Source of the DNA: Squalus acanthias
Taxonomy: Eukaryota
Length of the DNA: 64,000 nt
Direction of reading: 5' to 3'
NCBI GenBank assembly: GCA_030390025.1
Contig: CM059432.1
Location: forward strand, 90,522,001-90,586,000
The notes under the pieces are model-generated. The model was given only the letters and a program-made list of their open reading frames with translations. It searched no databases and had not been told where the DNA came from. Shown one piece after another: positions 46,829 through 59,091 of the stretch. The position numbers were made by a program, and so were the translations under genes. Each line of letters begins with the position of its first letter. Position 1 is the first letter of the stretch.

Positions 46829-49174
46829 GTATTATATAATATGATATAATTCATCTGAATAACCAGTTCTTTTAAGAAATGCTCAGTGCATAATTTTTTT
46901 CCATCAAACAGATTAGTTTGCTTTCCTTGTATTATCCACATCATTTTTAGTGCTGTCCCAGTTTTTCCACATCTATATGTTCTTATTCTTTCACAGCTGC
47001 TCATTTCATATTAGCTGTATTTGAAAACTAGATCTGATCTTAGTAGTCCCTGGAAACTCAAAGTGCAGAAATAATTAAAGCAAAGGGAACCAAAAAGCTC
47101 TGAAATGCATCTGATGAAAAACTTGACGTTTTCTGCTGTCAGAGACAGAGGAAGGAAACGGGTCTGCAGAGATGGAGTAGAAAGGGATTTCTAAAAATCC
47201 TATTAAATCAGGTTGTATTAATGATTCCAGCAATGTGTATGTTTGCTCTGCAAGTGCAGCCACACAAACTGCTTACTAACAAGGCCCAAAGTCAGGCATT
47301 ATATTGCACAGCTAAATAAGTCCCCAGAGAGGGTAAGCAGCTGCTTTTGGCCTGCATTATAATGCTTTATTATTGAATCCCCTATTGGTTTTAGGTGTGG
47401 GGTAGTCAGAGGGAGCCACCACCTGGAGTCTGTTATGTACTAGGTGGAATTTTAAGTCATTTAGTCATGATATTTATAGGAAATGTCTGATTAACCGAGC
47501 TGTATTACTGAAACACAAATTTCTATATGGATGCTCTACAGCTCACAGAAAACACCAAAACATTCATTTAGATTAATGTGATAGCTTTAGTTTGCCTAAC
47601 TTAAGAACAAAAACAATACATGCCTTTAGCATGAGAATTGCAATAAAAATCTTCAACTGTGTTTTGTCTCGCATCAAATGATATTTGGTATTCTATGAGT
47701 AAAAAAAGATTTTAAATTCATAAAAATTGGACTCGCCCAACTGCATTCATATATTATTGCAAGCTGTTTTGGCATCTACAAAACAAAAAAAATGGATTTC
47801 TGATGAGTTCTTGCATGACCATATGTGGTATTAGTCAGTGTGAGGTATTGCTAGCAAGCTCATTGCTTTCAAAAATCAAAGTTAAATGGTTCATCTATCA
47901 TCAGAATTTGTGTCTGGGAGACTTGTCTGAACATCAGTATGATTTATGGTTTGAATTGGAGGAGTCAACCATGCATGTTTCTTAGTTTATCGTTTTATGC
48001 TGTCTTCAATTAAATGTCTATAAACACGGTGATGGCTTTACGACATTGTCCATCAATAAAGACCATCCGGTTTTTGCATGAGAATATGTAATTTTCAGGA
48101 AAATAATGCCCTTCTGACTTCTGATAAAGTAGATTCTACATATGGTTTGTATTATACGCAGACTTAAAAGCTGGTCTCATCATACTTTCATTTCAGTCTT
48201 GTAGCATAATTAGGTCAGTAGCCAGCTTAATAATTTTATTTATATTTGATGTGCTGTGCCATTATCCTACATCTAAGGACATTTCTGTAATACATTTTTA
48301 ACCTATTAATGTCAGGGTCTAGGATTTACGTATATGTTTGTATGTATGCATTAAGGCAAAAAATGATGAAGCTGAAGGGGTGAGTTGGTGTGTCTGAATT
48401 TTCTAAAAGGATTTAACTTTTTTAAATGTTATGAAATTATAAATGTATGGTAGAATGGATATACATGATGTGTGATTATAAATATTTTGCAATGGAAAAT
48501 TAATGGCTAACCAGAACCTAAATAAGTAATCTAACAAAGGGAATGGCTATTCTAAAACTGCAGGCTTTCATTTTCTTCAGGGACAGTGAATAATATTACC
48601 TTCATTCTCCATATTTATAAATCTGTGGCATTCATGATAGCAGCATGTGATACCAGATCACTGTCTGCACAGCTGTGCCTTAATATGACTATCAACAACC
48701 TTTGTGGCTGTGATATGCATTAGATAGGAGATTTCATAGCATTTTCAGTACCATGTGTATTTGAAATGTTTTAAAAATTATTTTTGTTTTATATTCATAA
48801 TTAGTTTGATTTGACTTACAGCTTTGTAAAATTTTTAAAATAAGAATTAAGATATGGTTGCTTAACTGATTTAAGAGAATATGCCCAAGGAATGGGGGAG
48901 GGAAGGAATTGTGAGTATGTACTTGGGAATGGGGATTGGGGGGGGGAGAAATTGTGACACCGTTACCAGAAAATATAACCAGTAGCTGGTGAAATATTTC
49001 CATTCCCTGCTTTTTACTGAAAACACCTAAGGGCTCTGTCACTTGATGTTAATGGATTTTAATGAAGTCCAATTTAATGCACCAAACTGAAGCCTGTGTT
49101 ATGAAATGCTGGTCTTTATAGCTATTACTATTAATAAAGCCTTCTATTTTAAATCTTTTCTTTTAGTAAACTAA

Positions 49175-49288
49175 GAGAGCTTCTCCTACTCCGCCACTGT
49201 AACTTTGGTCGATACCCCGTTTATGCACGTCAATGGAGCCTCTGCCTAACTTCCGCTGAAGTTATAGCGGTGGAGCAGAGAAGCTCTG
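49175..49288. mobile_element. Old hairpin MITE
   Basis: AGAGCTTCTCCTACTCCGCCACTGTAACTT / AAGTTATAGCGGTGGAGCAGAGAAGCTCT inverted arms. Confidence 0.65.
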
Positions 49289-49409
49289 AGGAAATTCGCT
49301 CTCATTGTTTCAGTAAAATCAAATGTATTAAAAAGGAAGGGCTCTGGAATTGAATATTTTTATGGAAGAAACTTAATTTTTACATGTTGTTGCCTTCCAA
49401 ATCTGCGCC

Positions 49410-50310
49410 CCTCTTTACCGCAGTTCTCCAATCAGGTTTCCACCCCTACCACAGCAATAAAATGGCCCTAATAAAAGTCACCAATGACATTTCCTGTGAT
49501 CGTGACCAGGGTGCATTTTCCTTCCTTGGCCTCTCTACAGCCTTTGACATGGGCGACAACACTCAGTTTTCCCTCTCCAACACTTTTCTCGATCTCTCCA
49601 TTACCTCTGTGCTGTCAGACTGCTTGTCCAATACCCGGTCTTGGATTAGCCACAATTACCTTCAGTTAGGCATCGGGAAAAGCAATGCCATCCTTTTTGG
49701 TCCCTGCTACAGACTCCATATCCTTGCCATCGATTCCACCCCTTCTCCAATCACAGTCTCAGGTTGAACCAGACTGTTCACAATCTCTGGATTCTGTTCA
49801 ACCCGGAGCTGTGTTTCCAACCCCATATCCTCTCCATTACAAAGACTGCCTACTTTCACCTCTGTCACATTACCTTCCTCTGGTGCTGCCTCAGCCCATC
49901 TGCTGCTAAAACTGTCATTCATGCCTTTATCACCACCAGACTTGACTATTCCAATGCTCTCCTGGCCGGCCTCCCATCCTCCACGCTCTGTAAACCCCAG
50001 CTTATCCAAAACTTTGCTGCCCATATCCAATCCAACACCAGGTCCTGTACACTCAACACTCCCGTCCGAGTCTGGTCTCTCCACATCTTCCTCTGTTCGC
50101 CCCATGTGCCTTCAGCCGCCTAGGCCCAACGCTCTGGAATTCCCTCCCATCCGCCTCTCCACCTCCCTCTCATCCTTTAAGACCTTCCTTAAAACCCACC
50201 TCTTTGACCAAGCTTTTGGTTACCCTTCCGAATATCTCATTCTTTTGCTCGGTTTCCATTTTTGTCTGAATATGCCTCTGTGAAGCTTGGGATATTTTTC
50301 TACATTACTG
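49410..50310 (+). mobile_element. L2 LINE RT and 3' fragment, internally deleted
   Basis: LQSGFHPYHSNKMALIKVTNDI, LGLSTAFD, TVIHAFITTRLDYSNALLAGLP, QLIQNFAA, SFKTFLKTHLFDQAF. Confidence 0.92.
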
Positions 50311-50924
50311 AAACCAGAACTAACATTTTGTGTCTTTTGACTTGCTTGCCAGTTTTTATAGCAGTTGCAAAATCCAGCAAATGTTTTCTCAATGCCTATG
50401 GTAATTGCACATTTATACAATGGGGCAGAATTTGCGGTCGGTATGATGGCGTACTCTGAGGAGCAAGGCGCAGAGCACACACCCTCTTTGGAGGAGGAGG
50501 AGGAACAGGTGGAACACAACGAGGAGAAGGAGGAGGAGGACCCTGAGGTGGAGATAGCACCAGCAGTGGTGCACATTGCTGCCCGGGATGGCCTCAGAAT
50601 GGCCTGATTTACTTAACTTGTACCAGTGCACTCATATGGCTCCCACATGCTGTACCAACTTTGCACCCCACCTCCCAACAACACCAAAAAGCAGTCCTAC
50701 AATGACTAAGCCATTCCTGTCACCCGAACACCCATTGCTCGAGGTTAAGTCATGTCTCATCATTCACTCCAGGTAGCAGGCAAAAATGGTCAAGATGGCA
50801 AAGAAATAAATTTATGTGCATCATAAATAGAACTGAAACTTAACATTAACATTTTGTCAAACACCCATGTGCATACCCATATGCATCTACGATTGTGTCT
50901 TTTTTCATTTCCGCGTGCTTCTAA

Positions 50925-51312
50925 ATCTTACTGAAACATATAAGATTCTGAGGGGGCTTGACAGGGTAGATGCAGGGAGGATGTTTCCCCTCGTGGGGGA
51001 ATCTAGAACTAGGGGGCACAGTTTCAGGATAAGGGGTCGCCCATTTAAAACGGAGATGAGGAGGAATTTCTTTTCTCAGAGGGTTGTAAATCTTTGGAAT
51101 TCTCTACCCCAGAGAGCTGTGGAGGCGGAGTCATTGAATATATTCAAGGCGGAGATAGACATATATTTGAGCTACAGGGGAGTCAAGGGTTATGGGGAGC
51201 GGGCGGGAAAGTGGCGTTGAGGCCAAGATCAGATCAGCCATGATCTTATTGAATGGCGGGGCAGGTTTGAGGGGCCGAATGGCCTACTTCTGCTCCTATT
51301 TCTTATGTTCTA
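50925..51312 (+). mobile_element. CR1 3' fragment
   Basis: LTETYKILRGLDRVD..TRGHSFRI..FFSQRVVNLWNSLP. Tail TTCTTATGTTC. Confidence 0.95.
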
Positions 51313-53117
51313 CGAAGTGCAATCCCTGTGGCTTCAGCAGAGGTCGAGGCAGGCTGCTCACTTCCCTGCTATAACTGCTTTGACACTTTTGGCAGATGTC
51401 CTCTGGGTTTTGGAGCCTGTGAGGGCCTCGCCAAAGACTGCTCCTGCAACTGTGCGGGGCAGACTCGACCATCGGGATCCGAGGCAGCATGTGGGGCTTT
51501 GACTGAGGGGGAGGCAACGGGGGAGAAGTGTGAGCGCTTTGAGAAGAGCCCCTACTTCCATGTCCCCTCTCACCATCATCCCTCTCATGGGCCACCCGCA
51601 CTTCCCTGCTAGCAAGGAGCTGGAGAGCACCTTCCGGCACATCAGTGGGGCGATGAATGTCCAAGTCTATGTTGCTATCCCTCCTCGAGATGAGGTCAAT
51701 GAGTGCCTGCCATCTGTTGTTCACAGCAAGTATGTTCTCGTTCGACTGGTGCATTTGCTACTCCATGCAGGTAGCCATCCTTTCCATGGAACAGCGCATC
51801 ATCGTCACCGCCTGCAAGATGGTGGTGCTCATGTTGGAGATGGATGCCTGTAAAGTCGCACACATCGTGGCTGCAAAAGCTGCCAGAGCCTTGCGCATTT
51901 GTTGCTGCTCCTCCAAGATCACCCTCTTTCTCGATGGCCCCCGAGGTTCAGCATCTGCATGCAGCTCAGCAGAGTTGGGAGCGTCCTGCGTCCTCTAGCG
52001 CGGACTCTCCACTGCTGTCCCTGTCTCCACCATCTGCTCTTGCTCACTTGTGATCTGAGAGACACCAGGTGACAACACTACTCAAAGTCTCGCTGTACCC
52101 ATTGAGGTGCGTGTATCTGCGCTGGTTCTGGGTGCGGATGGGTCTGGTGATGGTGCACCCTCAGAGAGTGGAGCTTCCTCTGAGGAGTCTTCCTCCTCCG
52201 GCTGTACAGTGATGAGGGTGGGGCACTTCATGGACCTGTGGGAGATTAAAGAGATGAATTAGAAGTCTTATGTGTAATGTTACTGTTATGCACATGATAA
52301 CATTTCACTGGCTGCTGACATCAAGTCACCATGAGTGACTGTTGTATGCCATGTGGCTGTATGAGATTTAATTCTGTCACCAGGTTGCTGGGAGGTCCCC
52401 CTCTCTCTGTCTCCCACCGTCAGCAGCTCTACAACTCCAGTGATTTCAAGCGCCTCCTCCTCTGCTGGAGTCAACTTGGTGAACATTGGAGGGCCACCTT
52501 CGGTTCGTTGCCTCTCCCTGTTGTTCTGGGCTCTCTTCTCCTGCAAGGAGGGAAAGAAGAGAACTTTGAGTGAGAGTGATGGAATGAGTGTAAGGAAAAG
52601 ATGAGCTACATCTGTAGAGGGTGACTATGAGAGAGTGGCGTTGCCAAATGGCCTCCTTCTGCGGCATTACTTCCTATGATTGCATTAGGATGAGAGCGAG
52701 TGTCAGTGGTAGTTAGTTATATGGGGATGTGGTGTCGGTGCATAGAGAGTGAGGGATGAGTGCACCTTGCAAGGTAGGTCGGTGTGAAGATTGACGTGCA
52801 GGAGTAGGTGTGGGAAGGCAGAGTGATGGGGTTGGGGTGACACGCACGTCAAGATGTAGTTGAATATGACATTGTACTCAGCTTTCCTGACCTCGTGAGA
52901 TCATTAAATCTTTTCTGGCACTGGATCCAGGACCGCCTTTCAATATCCCTGCTGCTGACCTCCGCGATCTCCAGCCATGCTCTCTTGGTGCCTCTGGCTG
53001 CTCTTTTGCGCCCATTCGCAGGGAACAAGACCTCCCTGTGTGCTCTGGCTCCTGGGCCAGGACTTCCAGGGAGGCATCAGTGAATCTGGGCGCAGCCTTC
53101 TGTCTGTGTGACTCCAT
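51313..53117 (-). pseudogene. Harbinger Myb/SANT-like gene; exons 53117-ca.52882, 52540-52381 and 52235-ca.51313
   Basis: MESHRQKAAPRFTDASLEVL..REVLFPANG..AWLEIAEVSSR..RSWIQCQKRFNDL, then EKRAQNNRERQRTEGGPP..LTPAEEEAL. Splice acceptors TTGCAG and CCCACAG. Confidence 0.85.
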
Positions 53118-53613
53118 GACCCACACAAATCTCTGTGATATCCAGCAATTTCCACCTCTCCCAACCACCTTTATCTGACCTCCAACAACCTTCAACTGTG
53201 ATGTGTACAAGGCTGCTTTAAATATTCAAGCTGAAAACAAGTTATCGGCGATATCAGCGGACCCACTCCATTAAATTGGGCTGGGAAACCCGCATGACTG
53301 TTTCAATTGGTGTAATTGAGTTAATCGCACAGTGTAGCGCTGTTAAAAAGTTCGGGATGGCGACCCGCTACGCGGCCCACACACACCCGCCCCGACGCTC
53401 AGATAAAGATTCCGGCGCAAGTGTCTTAAAAGTTTTCGGTTAACTGTTTGAAATGTTGATGACATAGCTGACTATTCCCTGAGGCTTTCATGATTTGAAC
53501 CAATTTAACAAACTATTAATGAAATGCAATTTCCCTGCAGTGAAACTTTTACACACAAGAAACCTAGACATACAAGCCGGATATTTACATCGCCTCCGCT
53601 AAAATTAAGCATT

Positions 53614-53708
53614 AAACTGGGGTGAATGAGAGACTGATTTATTTATCACTATAACTGGGGTGAATGAGAGACTGATTTATTTATTAATATAACTGGGGTG
53701 AGTGAGAC
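53614..53708. repeat. Tandem repeat, about 38 bp x 2.5
   Basis: AACTGGGGTGAATGAGAGACTGATTTATTTAT repeated. Confidence 0.9.
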
Positions 53709-54325
53709 TAAAAAATTATGAATGGGCATCGGAGATTTCTGTTTCCTGATTGAAGGGGACCTTGTACCACGTGAGTGCGGGTTTCTTTCGGAGGTCGGTG
53801 GCAATTTCAGGGCCAATGTCTTCAGCTTTAAAACTGGTAAAGGTTAATAATTAAATTCATGGGTAAAGGAGTATATATAAAATCAAGGCTACTCTTTTAC
53901 AGTGTTCACAGAATAATGCACATTTTTGAAATTTGATCCCCTGAGCACCAGCAAAAATCCCTTTAATACAAATTGAATTTGAGTTACTCAGTCGCTGTAA
54001 ATCAGTGGCCCTAATGTTATCTTCTGCATGGCATAAAAGTCCTATTGTTAGAAAACAGCATATTCTGCAACTCACTGTGAGTCATGGGAGATCAGTATGA
54101 GTGTGTGTGTGTGTATATTTATCTCCAAATGTGTATTCACATTTCATGTTCATCATGTAACGCTTCCATATCAGACTGCCATGCTTAATTATAGCCAAAA
54201 TTATTCTAGGCAAATTACAGCTAATTGACTCATGTATAAATTTATTCCAACGATCTTTCAACGCAAAGGAGAAAGAAATCCAGCCATTTAGAATTTACAG
54301 AGAAACTTTCCTTCTAACAGACAAT

Positions 54326-55025
54326 GGGGGAGAAATTCATTATAGCCCCGTTTGGGGCGCTAACTTTTAAAAGTTGAAAAAATTAGCACCAGGCGCTAAT
54401 GTCTTTTAAGTTTAAAAAAATTCAGTTTGCGCTCCAGGAAGGAAGTGGAGCGCAAAATCAAGCGCTCCACTTCCTTCCTGGAGCGCAGCAGGCGGGGTGG
54501 TAGGTGAGCAGCGCTGCACACTGGGCCGTGCAGCGCTGCCGTGTTGGAAGGCTCCTTAAAGAGAAGGGCCATCGCTGCAGGCTCTGCAAGGGAAAGCAAC
54601 TTACCTGGTCCATGACGGCAGCCACGATCCGGCCCAATCAGCCCGATGCACTGCAGCAGAGTGCCGAGCTGATCGAGCACTGGGGAAAAAAAGAAAAAAA
54701 AACAGAATGAGCATTTCAGTATTTTTTTTCCTACCTCAGCCACCTCGCCTTTAAGTATTTCCCCCGAAGCGCCCGGCCTCCCGATGAATGCCTCCTGCAG
54801 CTGCCAGTGTTTTCACCCGGCGATGCTGCAGGGGGCGAAACCGGAGTTCGGGTCCGGGGCGCTACCAGAGCAATGTGCACAGCGATGACGTTACGATCTC
54901 CGGGCGAAGAAGATTGGGGCACAACGCCATACCACTGCTGCAAACCTCCCGCCGAATTTAGCGGGAGGCGATATTCTCGCCACACCCGGGCGGTAAGTGG
55001 TTAGTGCCCCATTATCGCCCCCCAG
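54326..55025. mobile_element. CpG-rich Harbinger MITE related to the GGGGGAGAAATT family; one end degraded
   Basis: GGGGGAGAAATTC..GCCCCGTTTGGGGCGC..AATTAGCACCAGGCGCTAAT parallels the right end of the 893 bp family. Internal hairpin at 54429-54485. Confidence 0.75.
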
Positions 55026-55919
55026 AAGTCAAAATTTCCATAGCCAGTGACTTGAACAATAACCTTAGCAATCATGTTTCTTTTAAAAAGGGAGACATTT
55101 ATTCCTGGGTTCTGGAGAACAATTAAACTCTCATTGACCTCATCCTCCACAGTTCCCTCACCAACAATTAAACTCTGGCCTAAGGCTGTTTATTTAAGAA
55201 CAATAAGATACTGGAGTCTACTACAGAGAGCTGAGAAATCCTGGGCCACAGCATGACATAGCCTACGGCCTCTGTGGTGCCTCAAAATATTATTTTAAAA
55301 CTAATTACATTTTTCAACTTTGTAGCCTAGAGGTACACAGCTTCACCTGAGCAGCAAATTATATATTGTATATTGCATGGTATAACATTTCTGTACTTAC
55401 AGACCCAGCCTACTATGAGCAATGCCATAGAAGAATTAGCAATAAATAAGTATATATATATCTCTGCATGTAAATAAATAAATGTAAAATAAGTCTTGCA
55501 TCTGCGTGCACATGTAGCACTCACTTTTTTAACACTTTCCATAACACTTTTTCTGTTAAGCTATTTCTGTCTAGCTTTTTGTAACAGCTGTATTTTTGTA
55601 TTGATTTTACTTATATCTGTTTGAGTCCTTTGTTCTTGATCTCTAAGTAGATGTTGCTGTTGCCTACTTACCACTGAGACCTCCATACTGTGTCTCCAGC
55701 CTGAGGACTTTCTAGCCTCTTCCAGTTCCCAATGGCCTCTCCCTTGCTTCATCTCCAGGCCTCCAACCTCTATGGCTCACCTGCCCTTAGTTGGGCCTTT
55801 GCCATCCGACCACTGCTACCCTCCTGACCCATTCGCCTACCCTCCCCGTTGCCCCCCTTTAAACATTTACCTGATGGCTGCTTCTGGCATCCATTCCTCT
55901 TTGCCAGTGAGCTACCTTT

Positions 55920-56585
55920 TTAAAAATTATTTCGTGGGATGTGGGCGTCGCTGGCAAGGCCAGCATTTATTGCCCATCCCTAATTGCCCTTGAGAAGGTG
56001 GTGGTGAGCCCCCTTCTTGAACCGCTGCAGTCCGTGTGGTGAAGGTGCTCCCACAGTGCTGTTAGGGAGGGAGTTCCAGGATTTTGACCCAGCGATGATA
56101 TACTTCTAAGTCAGAATGGTGTGTGACTTGGAGGGGAACTTGGAGGTGGTGGTGTTCCCATGCGCCTGCTGCCCTTGTCCTTCCAGGTGGATGAGGTCGC
56201 GGGTTTGGGAGATGCTGCCGAAGAAGCCTTGACGAGTTGCTGCAATGCATCTTGTAGATGGTACACACTGCAGCCACGGTATGCCGGTGGTGGAGGGAGT
56301 GAATGTTTAAGGTGGTGGATGGGGTGCCAGTCAAGCGGGCTGCTTTGTCCTGGATGGTGTCGAGCTTCTTGAGCGTTGTTGGAGCTGCACTCATCCAGGC
56401 AAGTGGAGAGTATTCCATCACACTCCTGACTTGTGCCTTGTAGATGGTGGAAAGGCTTTGGGGAGTCAGGAGGTGAGACACTCGCCACAGAATACCTAGC
56501 CTCTGACCTGCTCCTGTTGCCACAACATTGATGTGGCTGGTCCAGTTAAGTTTCTGGTCAATGGTGACCCCCAGGATTTTGATGG
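55920..56585 (-). mobile_element. Non-LTR retrotransposon 3' portion (clade uncertain, RTEX-like)
   Basis: ORF 56062-56523: AGQRLGIL..LSTIYKAQVRSVMEYSPLAWMSAAPTTLKKLDTIQDKAARL, a post-RT thumb region. Confidence 0.85.
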
Positions 56586-57189
56586 TGTATATAATGAAAA
56601 TATGAACGCATGCACTTCCTGAATGTCACACCTCAGGCACCACACTCTTGTTAGGGAAAGTCCATGCCACATTTTCATCTGATTTGGCTCAAGTTTTGTG
56701 GTCATAAAACAGCAAGAAATCAAAACTGTGGAGAAAGGGGAGCCAGGAGCCAATCAAATTGCCCTGAAGATATTTTGAAAATCCTCTCAGCTGCCATCTT
56801 TGTTTTCTCATAAACAGTTAAAATTAACAATAGGAAAACCTTGTTCAAGTGTTTACTTTCAGAGAGGCTGAGAGGAACAGGCTGGCTGAGAAAGGAGAGT
56901 GGCAAGAGAGGCCTACATTTCCCACTATGTTCTGCCTAATTTTGGGATGGTAATCAAACAGACAAGAGCAGGAAATGGATTGAAGATCTGTTATGCCAAA
57001 GCAGTGCCTGCTTTTGTACCGGCCCAATCTTCTGCCATCATTCAAATGAGCGGGTAATAATGTGGTGATGTCATCCATCCCTTTTCTACCTCAATTTTTG
57101 CTTAGTGGTAATCACAACTGCATGAAGCAGCCACAGGGGAAAAGATGGAAGCAAAGAGCTTTATAAAAAGCCTTGCAGAATCTTTGGCA

Positions 57190-57673
57190 CTGATATTGAC
57201 AGTGACGGGCTTTCCGAGCAGGTGGGGGGGATTGCGGAGTTGCATATGCAGGTAAGGAGCCTGCAGCTGCTAGTGGAAGCGTTGGGGGGGGCGGGCATTG
57301 TCTGATCCCCAATCCCATGGGTGTCCGATCCAGGGGGAGGTCCGATCTCGGGGTGGGGGGGGTGGGGGGTGGGGCGGTCTGATCCCAGGGAAGCAGGTAA
57401 ACTTGCGGGGCTGGGAGGAAGCACTCTAGCTCCTCCTGGATTGGGAAACTCGGCCGACCAAGGTTAAACCTGTACGATAGGTTAAATGTAAAGCTCCCAG
57501 CCTCAGAATATCTAAATGGTTAACCTGCCACCTGGCAGTGGGTTGACTGCCCGCCCTTTGTCCCACCTCCGTTAAACCCAGAAGTAGGTGGTTTGGGGTC
57601 GGGTTTGAGATTAAAAATTTTTTTACATCTCACGCGACCTCAACCCACCCCATTTTGGGGTTAAAATTCAGCC
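57190..57673 (-). mobile_element. Harbinger-type MITE fragment (19463 family)
   Basis: Ends CAACCCACCCCATTTTGGGGTTAAAATTCAGCC, which resembles the reverse complement of 19463-19500. Confidence 0.7.
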
Positions 57674-58252
57674 TTTTATTTTTCTGCCACTATCAGATTT
57701 TTTGTTTTGTTTTGTTTTTGGCTCTTGCCAACTACTTTTCCAACTCCTTTCTGCCATTTGTAGGGAGGCTGCGATTTTTGCCCCCCTTCAAGCAATGTAC
57801 GTAGGTTTTCCACTGAGGATTGTTCTCTACCTTTGCTTTCTGGAAGAAGAGATACAACCGAGGGAGTTCAGCCATGGTACCCACTTGTTTGTACCCCATA
57901 TTATGCAATATACAGCAGAGGCACTCCTACCTGCAATTTACTTTACAAAAGGAAGCTGTCACTGACTTATGGCAGATTCAGCTGTTCTCACCTATAGGCA
58001 CCATTCTGCCAGTGGCTGTTAAGATCACTACTGTCCTGTATGTCCGTGCCACGGAGTCATTCCAGACTGTCATTGAGTACATCTGTCGCAGAACCCAATC
58101 AGATGCATTAAGCAAGACATGAGTGCATTGTTCTTTTATTAACTATTGTGCCAATATGACAGATGGAATATTACTGAGTGGCAGGATTTTCTAAGGTACA
58201 AGGGGGGGAAAAATTCGGTTGGCTTGTGCCTCCCGTTAGCGCCCTAAGAGGG

Positions 58253-58780
58253 AACAATTCTCCTCCATTTAATTTGTCTGAGGAGCAGTGTTTGCGCAGG
58301 CTGCGCTTCAGCAAGGAGGTGGTCACTGAGCTCTGCCACCTGCTGCAACCAGATCTGCAGCCTCTACTGAGGACCAGGACATCTCTGTCGGTGGCATCAG
58401 CCAAGTGGTTGGCTCCTCGGGGACAAGGGTTATCCACTGTGCACCTGGCTGATGACACCGCTCCGTAACCCCAACACCCCTGCTGAGCTGCGGTACAGTA
58501 AGAGCCATCTCGCCACCAGGAACATCGTTGAGCAGACAATCGGCGTGCTCAAGCAACGGTTCCGCTGTCTGGACCTGCAGTACTCGCCTGAGCGAGTCTC
58601 CCTCTTCATAGTTGTGTGCTGCATGCTTCATAACCCAGGACCCAGCCAATCCCACCAGGCCTTGAAGCACCACCGGAAGAGGAGGAGGATGATCAGCAGC
58701 AGTACCAAGGCGGGAGGGAGGCCCACAATGTTGAAACTGCAAGGACCGTCCGTCAATGGCTGATAACAAGCCGCTTCTAG
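58253..58780 (+). pseudogene. Harbinger transposase, internally deleted
   Basis: NLSEEQCLRRLRFSKEVVTELCHLLQPDLQP..TSLSVA jumps directly to [49 protein letters not shown]. The first catalytic Asp region is missing. Confidence 0.92.
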
Positions 58781-59091
58781 GCCCCTACTGAGGAAATGGC
58801 TTCTGGCATGGAGAACAACATGAATGAAAGCAACCCGCAACCCCAAAGCCGGCCAAGGCAGCAATGATTCCAAAGGCCAAACCTGTACATTTTGAATACA
58901 AAAACTTTTTTATTTTACATACTCTGTGTGTGTCATTTCTTCATGACAAACTAATAGAAACAAACACAAAAAATCATTCATTAACATTACTGGTTCTCAC
59001 AACCTGGAGATAATGTCCAAAACACGAAACAAAAGTTTGAACACGAACCTCGGCCTTTAATAAAAAATTGACCAACATTTCATCACACCAC

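Larger units (their letters stand above)
50422..53418 (+). mobile_element. Harbinger element with transposase almost entirely deleted and Myb gene retained
   Basis: Ends GGGGCAGAATTT / AAGATTCCGGCGC with flanks AAT/AAG. Acidic transposase tail at 50450-50610. Myb/SANT gene on -. Confidence 0.75.

Noticed and set aside
53614..53708. CRISPR-like repeat array
   Set aside because: Plain head-to-tail tandem repeat without unique spacers, in a vertebrate context.
55561..55752. Coiled-coil-like 63-aa ORF on -
   Set aside because: No convincing splice sites or recognisable family, so it cannot be supported.
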